A stretch of 64,000 nt of DNA from a virus (Duplodnaviria > Caudoviricetes): IMG/VR virus record IMGVR_UViG_3300030372_003166, positions 3,188 to 67,187 of that record; one strand, written 5' to 3'. Within the stretch, counting starts at the first letter, position 1. Each line of letters begins with the position of its first letter. Both the position numbers and the translations under genes were made by a program. Shown here in pieces: positions 54,313-64,000 of this stretch. The notes under the pieces are model-generated. The model had not been told where the DNA came from and ran no database searches. It was given only the letters and a program-made list of their open reading frames with translations.

Positions 54313-55089
54313 TTACTTTTTCTTACCACCAAACCATCCTTTTGGCTTAGCAGGCTCATTCTCTAATTGATTTATAGTGCTAGTAGACATTGTTTGTGGA
54401 GCCGCTTCTTCTACTGCAACCTCCTCAACTACAGGCGTCTCCTCAACAGCTGGCTTACCAGTTCTTAACTGTCTTCTTAACAACGCATACAAATCAGCAT
54501 TTTCTTTTAACCATACAATTGCTTGCTCATCTGCTAATCCGATGTTTATAGAACCATGTTTCCAAACTCCATTAACTTTAGTTAATACATTTTTAGCTAA
54601 TGCTTTCTTTAAAAATATTCTATATTCTTGGTCTATATCATTTGTTAATGATAAAAATTCTTCTGGCGTGTTATTAGCAAATTGAATAATCTTAGCTTTC
54701 AACATAGTGTCTTCTATGTCTGAATCCATGCCTATCAAAATAGCTAAATCTTTCATAGCATTTATTGTTAGGTCTGTTGCTTTTGTAATTGCTTCAGCGC
54801 TTTTTAAGGCTGTTTCAGCATTCTTTTCATCGTTTGCTCTTAAGTCTTCAATTTGAAATTTGCCACTTAACAACGGGTGACCTTTTAAAAACTCATAAAT
54901 TCTTTTGTCTTGTTTTTGATTTACATCTAAAGAAACTACAGCTTGGAACATTTCATATCCATCTGTCATTTGATCATTAATATCTACTAAAGTCTTGTTT
55001 CTTCCCTGTTTGTCTTTGTAATTACCAAATTTACAGTAATTAAATTTGTCAGGTCTTTTTGATTTGATTAATACAATGTGTTTTTTCAT
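54313..55089 (-). CDS. conserved crAss-type structural-module protein
   Basis: 258 aa between the capsid accessory genes and ring genes; helical LAILIG...LKAKII...YRIFLKKAL. Confidence 0.65.
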   Translation of the reverse strand: MKKHIVLIKSKRPDKFNYCKFGNYKDKQGRNKTLVDINDQMTDGYEMFQAVVSLDVNQKQDKRIYEFLKGHPLLSGKFQIEDLRANDEKNAETALKSAEAITKATDLTINAMKDLAILIGMDSDIEDTMLKAKIIQFANNTPEEFLSLTNDIDQEYRIFLKKALAKNVLTKVNGVWKHGSINIGLADEQAIVWLKENADLYALLRRQLRTGKPAVEETPVVEEVAVEEAAPQTMSTSTINQLENEPAKPKGWFGGKKK

Positions 55090-55117
55090 TTTCTTTCTTT
55101 TTAGTTAATACTCCCTG

Positions 55118-55315
55118 TTATTTATTTATTCTTTTGCCTTTTTTATTTTTTACTACTCTACCGTTTTCTATCCAGGTTTTATTTGCAGATTCTGTTTTCC
55201 ATTTGAATCCAGATCTACCACCTATTGAGAAAACTTCTAGACCTTTTTTTGTTTCAAAGTCCCCTTCTTTTAACTCTACCACCTTACCGTCTCTTACTAC
55301 TAGTCTTGTTCCCAT
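55118..55315 (-). CDS. small basic hypothetical protein
   Basis: 65 aa; TATCTTTG at 55320-55327 just upstream. Confidence 0.6.
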   Translation of the reverse strand: MGTRLVVRDGKVVELKEGDFETKKGLEVFSIGGRSGFKWKTESANKTWIENGRVVKNKKGKRINK

Positions 55316-55335
55316 TTTACAAAGATAAGAATTTT

Positions 55336-55355
55336 GGGGGAACCGAAGCTCCCCC
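55336..55355 (-). terminator. stable C(UUCG)G hairpin (terminator or stabiliser)
   Basis: Minus strand GGGGGAGC-TTCG-GTTCCCCC; U-tract is weak. Confidence 0.5.
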
Positions 55356-55376
55356 GAAACTCTAATTTACTTACTA

Positions 55377-55877
55377 TTAACTAAACGCAGGATCAGCGTC
55401 AGCAGAGTTTACAACCCCACTAACAACCCAGTTCGTAGAATCAACACAGAAGAACTTTAAAACCGTTCCTGGCTCTATGTTGTCATTTACAGTAATTTTA
55501 GTATCAGTACCATCAGACTGAACAATAGTTGTTCCAGTACCATTTTGTGCTGTAACGCTTCCTAATAAAGCTCCAGAAGGAACTTCTATTATAGTAGCCT
55601 GTGCATCAGAAGCTACAGACCAGCAAACCTCATAATATAAACCAGTATTTGCAGCTGGTAAAGTATAAGTTCTGTCGGCTGTTGCAGCTGTCGCCACATT
55701 AATAATAGCACCAGAATCATCATCAAGAATTGTATAGTTTGCGTCTCCGACCTCTATAACGTTTCTCGCTTGTCTGAATGTTGGTAAGTGTACTACTTCA
55801 GAACCTGCAGCATCAGTAATCTTTAGAAAACTTTTAACGCCTGTTCTTAATCTGTTAAAATCAAATTTTATTGCCAT
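55377..55877 (-). CDS. capsid decoration/head-fibre-like protein
   Basis: TILDDDSGAII...TYTLPAANTGLYY...WVVSG; located downstream of the MCP. Confidence 0.6.
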   Translation of the reverse strand: MAIKFDFNRLRTGVKSFLKITDAAGSEVVHLPTFRQARNVIEVGDANYTILDDDSGAIINVATAATADRTYTLPAANTGLYYEVCWSVASDAQATIIEVPSGALLGSVTAQNGTGTTIVQSDGTDTKITVNDNIEPGTVLKFFCVDSTNWVVSGVVNSADADPAFS

Positions 55878-55999
55878 TTTTTTATTTGTTTTACGGTATT
55901 TGGGGGGCTTTTTATTTTTAACCCCCCTTCTACCAAGTTATTTACTAAGGTATCCTAGCTAAGCAAGATGTTCTAGGTATACCAATTAATTAATTATTG

Positions 56000-56305
56000 T
56001 TATGAACCAGGAGTAATTGTACCAGCTGCAGTAATACCGTCAATGTAAATTCCTTTTACATCGTCTGCAATAGTTACAACGCCTCTACCAGTCATACAAA
56101 CTCTTGCGATTGCCTTTACAGCATCGTCTTCTTTTCCATCTGTTGCCGTTAATTCAGCTACACCTATAACCCCACCAGCAGCACCAGCATTTAGAAAACT
56201 AACGTGAACTGAACCGTCAGTATCATTTTCAATACTAGTTACTTGCCCTGAAGGTATACACATACAGTCATCATTAGCAGTTTGGAAGAATAACATACAA
56301 GCCAT
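56000..56305 (-). CDS. small capsid-associated protein
   Basis: 101 aa directly after the MCP, bounded by GC-rich hairpins at about 55901-55927 and 56360-56380. Confidence 0.6.
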   Translation of the reverse strand: MACMLFFQTANDDCMCIPSGQVTSIENDTDGSVHVSFLNAGAAGGVIGVAELTATDGKEDDAVKAIARVCMTGRGVVTIADDVKGIYIDGITAAGTITPGS

Positions 56306-56402
56306 TTTTTAAATTACCTCCTACTTTACTCAGAGGATTTTTTTAAAGTTAAGTCTAGAGAGGGGGAGGTTAGTCCCCCTGTGTAGACAATTAAGTTAAT
56401 TA

Positions 56403-57935
56403 TTATGATGCACTTAAGATACCACAAGACAATGGGTTTCTAACAATGATTCCAGTTTCTGAAAGCACGTGGCATTCAAATTTGTCATCAGCGTTAGCAG
56501 CCAACATTGCTTTTTGGTCATAAGGATTCACCATTCCAGCTACATACTTCTTGATCATACTTCTGTTAACTCCTTCAGCTCCTTTAGTAACTAACTCAAC
56601 GTTAGAAACACCAGAAGATTTTCCGAAGTCCATGAATACCATCTTAGCAGACTCTTTTAATCTGTTGTCACCAAAAGCATTGGTTCCACCAGCAGTAGAA
56701 TGCAAGTTAGGGTCATCAAATACAGGGCAGTGAGCAATAGTAATCTTGTTACCTAATGCACTGTAAGATACAAAGTTCGCACCTAGGCTAACATCTCCAT
56801 TTACACCTGACATAGATCCACCAGTCATCGCGCCCGCAGGAGCAACAATAAGGTCTTTCATAGCTCTGTGGAATGCTAATCTACCTTCAGTTCCAGTAAA
56901 TACAACAAACTCATTTCCTTCAGCAGATTGTGTATTTAATGAAATTTTAGCAATAAACTCAGTAATGATGTCTTCAGTTAAAGATCCCATTGAATAAGAA
57001 GCTTGGTTAGAAGAATCAATTTGTGCTAATAGTCCGTCTCCAGTAATTACAGAAGAACCCATAGTACCAGAAGTACCAAGTACAGAAGAGCTATAAGCCT
57101 CTGGTCTTTTAACTTCAGTATCAGTAACTGACTTTCTACCATACCATCTTTGAAGCTCTTGTTGATACATGAATTCATCCATCATCATTTGCTCTTTAGT
57201 AAAGTACCAAAGTTTAGAACCATTATTTTCAATCCAAGTTACATCAGTAAGGTCTTTACCAGTAACTGAACACTTCTTACGCATTGTAGTTAACCAGTTT
57301 TGGTGAGTAGATGGATAAACATAGTTTTCACCTACATCAGCACCGTCAGACCCGTTAGGGAATGCAGAACCAATAGAAGCAATTATAGCTTCATCAGCAA
57401 CATCTGATGTTTGTACAGCTTGTGCAGAAGCATCAATAATTTCAAACTTTACAATTCTATCTCCAGAAGCACCTTGACCTGAATCGTTAGATCTTGGGTC
57501 TTCAACTACAATTGCAGTAGCTCCAGACTGGAATCTAACCATGTCAAACTTGTTTAAGAAGTCAGGAGTTCTACTTGAAGCAGTTCCATCAATAAGAATT
57601 TCAAATACATCATTTACAGCATCAGCAGCAGCCCATGCGCTTCCTGAAGCAGTTGGTGAGTTAGTCCAAGAAGTATCTCCAGATACACCTTTAACATAAC
57701 CAGTAGAGTATGATGGAGCATTGTATCTTCCCATCACTTTCCATTCAAAAGAGTTGTCCCCTAGGACTTTCTCCGATGCAAAACGACCTGTTCTTTCTAA
57801 AAGATAAGTCGCAGCATAACGAGGATACTGTTGAATAAGAGTTCTAGCAATCTCTGGGTATTGCATTAGAGCTGTATTCAAAGCATTCTCGGCAGTTGTT
57901 CCAGAACCATAAGTTCCAGTATATAATTTTGCCAT
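56403..57935 (-). CDS. major capsid protein (HK97 fold, crAss-like)
   Basis: 510 aa; NWLTTMRKK, ITGDGLLAQI, VFTGTEG; position TerL-portal-scaffold-MCP; strong codon bias. Confidence 0.9.
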   Translation of the reverse strand: MAKLYTGTYGSGTTAENALNTALMQYPEIARTLIQQYPRYAATYLLERTGRFASEKVLGDNSFEWKVMGRYNAPSYSTGYVKGVSGDTSWTNSPTASGSAWAAADAVNDVFEILIDGTASSRTPDFLNKFDMVRFQSGATAIVVEDPRSNDSGQGASGDRIVKFEIIDASAQAVQTSDVADEAIIASIGSAFPNGSDGADVGENYVYPSTHQNWLTTMRKKCSVTGKDLTDVTWIENNGSKLWYFTKEQMMMDEFMYQQELQRWYGRKSVTDTEVKRPEAYSSSVLGTSGTMGSSVITGDGLLAQIDSSNQASYSMGSLTEDIITEFIAKISLNTQSAEGNEFVVFTGTEGRLAFHRAMKDLIVAPAGAMTGGSMSGVNGDVSLGANFVSYSALGNKITIAHCPVFDDPNLHSTAGGTNAFGDNRLKESAKMVFMDFGKSSGVSNVELVTKGAEGVNRSMIKKYVAGMVNPYDQKAMLAANADDKFECHVLSETGIIVRNPLSCGILSAS

Positions 57936-58021
57936 TTTTTTTAAATTTATTAATTAAACATTATTTTACTTTTGTTCAATTAACTTTCAACTATGAGCAG
58001 ACTTTGTCTTACTTTTTAAGC

Positions 58022-59029
58022 TTACTCGCTCATGAACGCTTTAGGATCAAACGCACCTGACTTTACTTTAAAGTTAGATTTGCCTTTTCCTGAGTTAAGG
58101 TTTGGCGAGACTATACTATCCATGATAGCGGCTTTGCCGTCTTCTAAACCTTGAGAACGAAGAATCTTTTCAATTTGCTTACGATAGAGCATAAACATTG
58201 CAACATCAGCAACATTGGCGTGATCTGCATATATTTCTTTCATCATATCGCCTGTAGCATACCTATAGACTTCTTCTTTCTGTTTTTTTGTTACTTTCCC
58301 TCCCATGAACTCATTCATGTTTTTGATTTGACTTTTTAACTCTTTTCTTGCGTTTTCTGCTTGTTTTTTTCCTTGCGCTACACTTTGCTGTTGTTGATGT
58401 TGCGCTTGTGCTGTTTGTTGATCAATAGCATTATTAATAACTCTTCTAATGCTTTTAGCTTTCATCTTCATCATACCAGAATCCTCTAGCTTATCTAAAG
58501 ATTCTTCTATTTCTGAATCTTCAATACCATCAGCTTTTAATTCTTCTGCCACTAAATCTCTATCAGAAAAGTTTAGGTAAGATTTAAGCTCAGCCACTTG
58601 ACTACTAACTGGCGCTTGTTGTTGTTGAGCTTGTTGCTGTAAAGAATTTAAAGCTTGTACAAACTCATCTTTAGATTTTATCTCTATACCTAATTCTTCA
58701 CCTACCTTAGCCCAATTTAACGCCTCTTGTGCTGTTGGAGTGTCTTCTGCTTTTTCTTCAACTCCATCCCAGTTATACTCTTCTTCTTTTTCTGTTTTTT
58801 CTTCTGTCTTGCTATCCCAAGACCAACCTTCTTCCTGCTCTTGCTCTTCTGTTTTCTCTTCTTTAGCCTCTACCTCTTCTTTTTGTTCTTCTTTCTTTTC
58901 TTCTTCTATTTCTTCTTTTGTTCCATATGTGTCATCACCAGCAAAAGCTAGTGGATTAAAGTCTTCTTTTTTTTCTGTAGCTTCTGTTGTTTCCACAACC
59001 TCTTCTACTAATTTTGATTCTTCTGCCAT
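58022..59029 (-). CDS. acidic scaffold-like protein
   Basis: Glu/Lys-rich disordered N-half and coiled-coil; between portal and MCP; TATATTTG at 59062-59069. Confidence 0.75.
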   Translation of the reverse strand: MAEESKLVEEVVETTEATEKKEDFNPLAFAGDDTYGTKEEIEEEKKEEQKEEVEAKEEKTEEQEQEEGWSWDSKTEEKTEKEEEYNWDGVEEKAEDTPTAQEALNWAKVGEELGIEIKSKDEFVQALNSLQQQAQQQQAPVSSQVAELKSYLNFSDRDLVAEELKADGIEDSEIEESLDKLEDSGMMKMKAKSIRRVINNAIDQQTAQAQHQQQQSVAQGKKQAENARKELKSQIKNMNEFMGGKVTKKQKEEVYRYATGDMMKEIYADHANVADVAMFMLYRKQIEKILRSQGLEDGKAAIMDSIVSPNLNSGKGKSNFKVKSGAFDPKAFMSE

Positions 59030-59080
59030 TTTATTTTAATTTAGTTAATACTCCCAATTTGCAAATATACAAAATATTTG

Positions 59081-61381
59081 TTATACTCTTTGTGCTGCTT
59101 TTTTAAGATTTTCAGTTCCAGTGGTAGATTCTGTAGATTTTACTTTATCCTTTTCTTTAGCCGCATCTTCTTCTCTATTTTTTCTATCTATATAATAGTC
59201 AGCCGCTTTTCTATCCATTTCGTTTCTTTCTTTAGTATCATGAAGATCTCTGTCTACATCAGCTTGTATTTTAGCAACCTCCAGCCTAGAATCAGCACCA
59301 ATTTGAGCAACTTGCAATTTAGCTTCATTATCCATTTGTTTAAGTTGTGCCTCAGCTTCAAATTTAGCCTGCTCTGACTCTGCAGCCGCTTGTTGCGCTT
59401 GCATTTGTTCTTGCATGCTTTGTTCTTGTTGTTTTTTCATTTCAGTCATTGCTTGTTCTAATACTTTTTCAGCCTCTGTCATTGTATCAGATTTTAAAAC
59501 TTTTATCACGCCTAACATATCAATAGTTCCAGCTTGTAAAGCAGCTTGGGCTAATTGTTGAACCACTTGTTTCATAGAATCATCTTTACCGCTATCTCCA
59601 ACGTATATACCAAAGTCTTGCAAAGCAATATCTGGCATTACGTTCAAAAATTTATAAGCACCATCACCAAGTATCATGCCTGCTTTCTTTCCTCCCGCCC
59701 AACACACCTTCATTAAGTTACACAGTCGTTCCATAACTCGTTGTTTGCACTCTCCGTGAGAATAAAACCAACTTTCGGTGATAGTTGCAGACTGCACAAC
59801 ACTTCTTTGCACATTTCCTACATATTCATACTGTCCCACCGCTCCTTCTCTTTGTCTACTAACACCAGAGATTTGTCCAGCCATTTCCTCTAGCATAACT
59901 TTTAGGTTTATTAGCTGCTGTACTGATTGAGACAATGTAAAATCAATTTGTTGGAATTGATTAAAAGATTGCATTTGATTTCCTTCATCTTTTGAGTTAA
60001 TTGGTATGATACCGTCTGTTTTTAGGTGATATAACACCTGTTGCATATCCATACCAACATTTGTAGGTAATTGTGACACGTCATACACCACTGCCTTACC
60101 ACCAGAACGCGCCATAGCAAGTTCTATTTGGTAAACAACAATATTATATAACATTTGAATATTATCAAGCATGTCCACTAAGGATGTACCTGCACCTGTT
60201 GTGTTTCCTTTTATACAACCTACATAAGAAAGTGGTGTTTTACCTGGATCATCTATACTTCTTACTTGATTGTCTCTTCTTCTTGCGTTTACTAATATTT
60301 TACCACCAATTAGCGTTGCCTCCCAAACATCATCCACCCATTTTGTTTCTATTTTCTCACCCTTTCTTTTTCTATAAGTATCTTTTACCATTTTTCTAAA
60401 AGGTCTAGAAGGGTCATATTTATTATCAGATAATTTAAACTTTATAGCTCTTAATGATTTCCATTCACAACTTACCACTCTTATTCGCGCTTCCCTTCCG
60501 TGCGCGACATCCACCCATTCAAAACTACTGTTGTAATTTTCCATATCTCCACCCATATACAGGTTTCTCATTTTGTCTAACTCTAAAAGGTCGTCAGTTG
60601 TTAGATCATCTTTATACTCATCGTTAATTTCATTTATAGACATCCATCTTTCTTCACCCACCCATCCAGCATCATCTAAATAATCAGAATGGAATGAATC
60701 ATCAAACACTATGTTTCTTGGATCTACCCTGCGCGCGTGCGGGTCTCCATTTTGCACGCCTATTTTGTAAAATTCTTTTCCTGTTACAAGTAAATCTCTG
60801 AATCCTTCTTTAAAAACGTCTTTTAAGTTATATCTGTTTACAACATACTCTAATCCGTCCTGTGCTGTTTCTTCTATCATCTCGCGATAATTATACTTCA
60901 TGTACGTCTCTATATCTTCTGGTACAGGCATGCCCTGTCCTTCTGCCAAAACGTCAATATTCATTTTTTCTTGCATTTCAGCATGAAAATCTTGCAATAA
61001 ATCTCTCATTATTAATCCTACTTTATGATCATGCTTTCTAATTACAGCATCTTTGTTTATCGTGGTAACTTTCATATCTATAGGCCTTCTTATTTCCTCA
61101 CCAACTAATAGGTCTATTTTTGGAGTGATGATAGGATAGTTTACAAGTCTTGCTGGATAAGTTAGTCCATATTGCTCTGTTATGTAAGAATAATCACCCT
61201 GACTTAGCTGGCCGTTGTAAATTTGATAATTTCTTATATCTTTCACTCTTGTTGAGTAATGAGAACCTCCCTCTGCGCCCATATAGCCTGTAACAGCATT
61301 TAAAACTTGTCTGCACCAGTCTTCTGTCTTATCTTTTTCAGCAATTACCATTGACGGCATTGAATTATAATTGTTTTCCAT
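59081..61381 (-). CDS. portal protein (crAss-like)
   Basis: PARLVNYPIITPKIDLLVGEE, QISGVSRQREG, coiled-coil C-terminus; directly after TerL. Confidence 0.9.
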   Translation of the reverse strand: MENNYNSMPSMVIAEKDKTEDWCRQVLNAVTGYMGAEGGSHYSTRVKDIRNYQIYNGQLSQGDYSYITEQYGLTYPARLVNYPIITPKIDLLVGEEIRRPIDMKVTTINKDAVIRKHDHKVGLIMRDLLQDFHAEMQEKMNIDVLAEGQGMPVPEDIETYMKYNYREMIEETAQDGLEYVVNRYNLKDVFKEGFRDLLVTGKEFYKIGVQNGDPHARRVDPRNIVFDDSFHSDYLDDAGWVGEERWMSINEINDEYKDDLTTDDLLELDKMRNLYMGGDMENYNSSFEWVDVAHGREARIRVVSCEWKSLRAIKFKLSDNKYDPSRPFRKMVKDTYRKRKGEKIETKWVDDVWEATLIGGKILVNARRRDNQVRSIDDPGKTPLSYVGCIKGNTTGAGTSLVDMLDNIQMLYNIVVYQIELAMARSGGKAVVYDVSQLPTNVGMDMQQVLYHLKTDGIIPINSKDEGNQMQSFNQFQQIDFTLSQSVQQLINLKVMLEEMAGQISGVSRQREGAVGQYEYVGNVQRSVVQSATITESWFYSHGECKQRVMERLCNLMKVCWAGGKKAGMILGDGAYKFLNVMPDIALQDFGIYVGDSGKDDSMKQVVQQLAQAALQAGTIDMLGVIKVLKSDTMTEAEKVLEQAMTEMKKQQEQSMQEQMQAQQAAAESEQAKFEAEAQLKQMDNEAKLQVAQIGADSRLEVAKIQADVDRDLHDTKERNEMDRKAADYYIDRKNREEDAAKEKDKVKSTESTTGTENLKKAAQRV

Positions 61382-61385
61382 AATC

Positions 61386-63203
61386 TTAGTTTATTTGCAT
61401 AGGAACTCCATTGTATCCCATTTTATAATATTTTAAACCTATATCTACTGTTTCTTCTTCTTTTGCTTTTGCTTGTATTCTATAATTATCTATATTGTGA
61501 ATCAAACAAAGACCAAACGCCATAGCGCGGTCAGTATTTTGTAGCCCATAATTAGCAAGTTCATCTATAAGATCAATAAACCATATATCCTCTGCGCTTT
61601 CTCTTAAATAATCGTCTATTAAGTCTTCCATCAATGATTTTACCTGCTTGTTCATATGCACACCATATCTATTTCTAGTTTTTGTTCCAGGGTTGTGTGC
61701 TGACTCTGGTTTTTCTTTTAAATACTTTAACGCATTCATACGTTTAAAGTAATCTAATATACCTATCTTTGTATACTCTACTAGCATTTTAGAGTTGTAG
61801 TATACTGCTAATTTTAAACAGCCATCCCAAAAATCTTCTTTCTTTTTTGGTCTATCTGTGTATTCAGCAACCACATAATCGCTTGACATATCAGTATTTG
61901 CAAATCTACGATAAATTATTGCACTACCCAAAGATTCTGATGCTCCAGCTTGATCTTGATCATACGAGTCAATGCCTCCAATGTCTAAATTTTTAAAATC
62001 TGGCTCTGGATGCGTTAATATTTTATAAGGACCGTTAGGGTGTGGCCTCCATGACACCGTAGGGTCTTCTGATCCTAAATTCCAATCCAAATACCCTCTT
62101 TGTATTTGACTTCTATGGTCTTTACTAGACAATATCCTAGATCGTTGCGCGTTGAGCAGAGATATATCAAACCTTGCAGAGTGCGTGTTTAAAAACGCTT
62201 CTTCTACTGTAAGCGGGTAGTTTTGTATGTGTAGATTATAAGCCTCATTATCTCCAGATCTTTGAATGTCCTCTCTGTCTGCTATAAGTTTTTCTTTAGC
62301 TCCTTTATCATCCTCTACACCACTTTCTATGTCAAAAAAACCATAGTAAGCTCTAGAAGCGGGTATAAATACAGGTATTAAGTTGTAAGCATCGTAACTA
62401 TAGTACATATCCATAAAATCTTTTGATGCTTTAGATATATCACCACCAGTTCCTCCAACAATAGGTACGCCAAACTGAACATCTCCATCCATAAAACATG
62501 CTTTTGATGACATGTATGCGTTTTTAAGCTTTTTAAACTCCCCTGCTTCTTCAAATACCATTAAAGACACACGTTCTCCTTTAAAAACCTCTGGATTGTC
62601 CATTGTTCTGCAAATTATGGTAGATTGATAGCCTCCTATCTCCCACTTGCCGTCTTTATTCTTTTGCTTGTATCCCGATCTCATTATACCATCAGTGTCT
62701 TTTAGCATAGAGTGTTTAAAGTTGGGGTGTATACCATTTAAACCTTTTCTTGTTTTGTCAAAGAACGCGTCTGCTGTAGCTTGCAATCCTGCTGCCACGC
62801 CTACATCATTAAATGGATAGAAAGTGTATTCATGAGCTACCGCGCCAGAATTCATATAAGAAAAACCTTTATCTCTGGCTTTTATAACTATCATACCCTT
62901 ACCTTCTTCCTTACAAAGCTCAATTGTATCAAAATATTCATGATCCATGCTTCTGTACCAAGGGTGTATTAAGGTTTTACGATTACCAGAGGTTCCATCA
63001 TTACCAAGTATCATATAGTAATTAAGGTAAAAATAATACTTACCAGATATTTTCTTCATACCCTTAGGCTTAAAACCATTCATGCAACGATCAGTTTCTC
63101 TAGTCCAATATTCTTGATATGCAACAGAATCAGGGTTTAAATCTGGATGTCCATTATTAGGAATAGGTCTATATTTCTGCGGGTCAAATTTAATCTTACC
63201 CAT
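61386..63203 (-). CDS. terL: terminase large subunit
   Basis: VIKARDKGFSY Walker-A-like motif, FEEAG Walker B, GGTGG, GGIDSYDQD nuclease motif. Confidence 0.95.
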   Translation of the reverse strand: MGKIKFDPQKYRPIPNNGHPDLNPDSVAYQEYWTRETDRCMNGFKPKGMKKISGKYYFYLNYYMILGNDGTSGNRKTLIHPWYRSMDHEYFDTIELCKEEGKGMIVIKARDKGFSYMNSGAVAHEYTFYPFNDVGVAAGLQATADAFFDKTRKGLNGIHPNFKHSMLKDTDGIMRSGYKQKNKDGKWEIGGYQSTIICRTMDNPEVFKGERVSLMVFEEAGEFKKLKNAYMSSKACFMDGDVQFGVPIVGGTGGDISKASKDFMDMYYSYDAYNLIPVFIPASRAYYGFFDIESGVEDDKGAKEKLIADREDIQRSGDNEAYNLHIQNYPLTVEEAFLNTHSARFDISLLNAQRSRILSSKDHRSQIQRGYLDWNLGSEDPTVSWRPHPNGPYKILTHPEPDFKNLDIGGIDSYDQDQAGASESLGSAIIYRRFANTDMSSDYVVAEYTDRPKKKEDFWDGCLKLAVYYNSKMLVEYTKIGILDYFKRMNALKYLKEKPESAHNPGTKTRNRYGVHMNKQVKSLMEDLIDDYLRESAEDIWFIDLIDELANYGLQNTDRAMAFGLCLIHNIDNYRIQAKAKEEETVDIGLKYYKMGYNGVPMQIN

Positions 63204-63414
63204 ACTTTAATTTTTTTGTTTTTCCTAAACCATACATGCCAGCGTTCTCCTCTTTTTTTGCTAACTTTGCATGATACCTGTCTCTTAAATCTACGCCATG
63301 TAGTTTTTGAGCCAAATCATTATAATTGTTAGCTTTTTGCATATCAAGTTTCTTATAATTTTTTTTATAAGAATTATACAAATACTGTAAGTCGTATTTC
63401 TTTTTTTCAGCCAT
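63196..63414 (-). CDS. small basic hypothetical protein
   Basis: 72 aa overlapping the terL start. Confidence 0.7.
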   Translation of the reverse strand: MAEKKKYDLQYLYNSYKKNYKKLDMQKANNYNDLAQKLHGVDLRDRYHAKLAKKEENAGMYGLGKTKKLKYG

Positions 63415-63722
63415 TAAGCGTGCTGCGCTCTGTACCCACCCGTTGACGTAGGCATTTTACAACCATCATTACAGTTCCATTTACGTAAAGCTTTATTAAT
63501 TCTAGAATTTGGATCTCTTTTTTTCTTTGCGCCAGTAAGTTTCTTTTTCATTCCACCCATTCTTGCACAAAAGGACGCTTTTCTAGATTTTTCCTTACCT
63601 TTTGGATTTTTTTTAGTGACAGGCGCCTTAACACCAGCGCTTTTACGACCTGCAGCATTTAAACCACCAGAAGGACTTTTACCAGCCTTTCTTTGCCATA
63701 TTGGAGTTTTAGCGCCAGCCAT
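63414..63722 (-). CDS. small basic phage protein (DUF6321-like, from memory)
   Basis: SGGLNAAGRK...KASFCARMGGM...DPNSRINKALRKWNC. Confidence 0.65.
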   Translation of the reverse strand: MAGAKTPIWQRKAGKSPSGGLNAAGRKSAGVKAPVTKKNPKGKEKSRKASFCARMGGMKKKLTGAKKKRDPNSRINKALRKWNCNDGCKMPTSTGGYRAQHA

Positions 63723-64000
63723 TAGTCTAACTGTCTGTGAGAACCGCCATGCTTGTATTTCATTTTCATACCGCCCATAGCTTTTTTCATTTTACCACCA
63801 TACATCATTTCTTTTTTCATTTTACCACCATACATCATTTTCTTACCTTTAGTGGCTCCAGCAATTCTATCAGCTTGTGTAGGATTAGGATTGTTGTCAA
63901 TACCAGCTTTTACACTAAGCATACCAAAGTCACCACCTTTTGCGAATCTACCGCCTCCAGCGTAACTCATCATTTTCTTTTTCATTTTCATACCACCCAT
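63722..64000 (-). CDS. Met/Lys/Gly-rich repeat protein (may extend beyond the window)
   Basis: Repeated MMYGGKMKK and xGG motifs; ATG at the window edge. Confidence 0.7.
   Translation of the reverse strand: MGGMKMKKKMMSYAGGGRFAKGGDFGMLSVKAGIDNNPNPTQADRIAGATKGKKMMYGGKMKKEMMYGGKMKKAMGGMKMKYKHGGSHRQLD
63781..63840. repeat. perfect 30-bp tandem duplication
   Basis: CTTTTTTCATTTTACCACCATACATCATTT twice, encoding the repeated MMYGGKMKK unit. Confidence 0.9.

Noticed and set aside
58151-59377. Phe/Ser-rich plus-strand ORFs that look like membrane proteins
   Set aside because: Antisense reading of the GAA/AAA-rich scaffold and portal codons.
56403-63203. Introns or inteins in terL, portal, MCP (and dnaB)
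   Set aside because: The ORFs are continuous, of ordinary length, and show no LAGLIDADG/HNH insert or intein splice-junction motifs.
1-64000. Stop-codon reassignment as seen in some crAss-like phages
   Set aside because: Very long ORFs (3872, 2249, 972 aa) are intact under the standard code, coding density is high, and no suppressor tRNA was recognised.
1-64000. tRNA, rRNA, CRISPR array, reverse transcriptase/DGR, integrase
   Set aside because: No cloverleaf with a T-loop and CCA, no regularly spaced repeat-spacer array, and no RT or tyrosine/serine recombinase motifs were seen by eye. A tRNA scan would still be worth running.

Overview
The window is one contiguous piece of an AT-rich dsDNA phage genome. 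It is most consistent with a crAss-like (Crassvirales-related) podophage of a Bacteroidota host, probably a marine flavobacterium. Support: the gene order TerL-portal-acidic scaffold-MCP-ring proteins-IHF-tail tube-tail stabilisation protein, a 3872-aa virion protein with a DxDGD RNA-polymerase motif and an HExxH zincin motif, TAnnTTTG Bacteroidota-type promoters, and A-rich leaders without Shine-Dalgarno sequences. Layout: (i) 1-453, a truncated Pro/Thr-rich minus-strand gene; (ii) about 640-12940, a plus-strand early/replication block of many small ORFs separated by hairpin-plus-conserved-motif units, followed by DnaB, HU-like, Rad52/Sak, SSB-like, RusA-like and RecE-like genes, with no recognisable DNA polymerase or primase; (iii) 13080-64000, a minus-strand late block with lysis genes, a cassette of host-envelope-type genes (MAM/Cys-repeat protein with a T9SS-like tail, CxxC-less thioredoxin fold, two beta-barrel-like proteins), tail-fibre-like proteins, ejection proteins with the virion RNAP, and the tail and head modules. 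Best leads: (1) the secreted/outer-membrane cassette at 18.7-25.0 kb; (2) the terminator-motif-ORF cassette array in the early region, where three small ORFs end in the identical TACCATTCTAA (SSB-tail-like PF C-termini); (3) several ORF-free structured RNA candidates; (4) the single-chain protease-RNAP giant. All family assignments come from motif recognition by eye; no database search or folding calculation was run.
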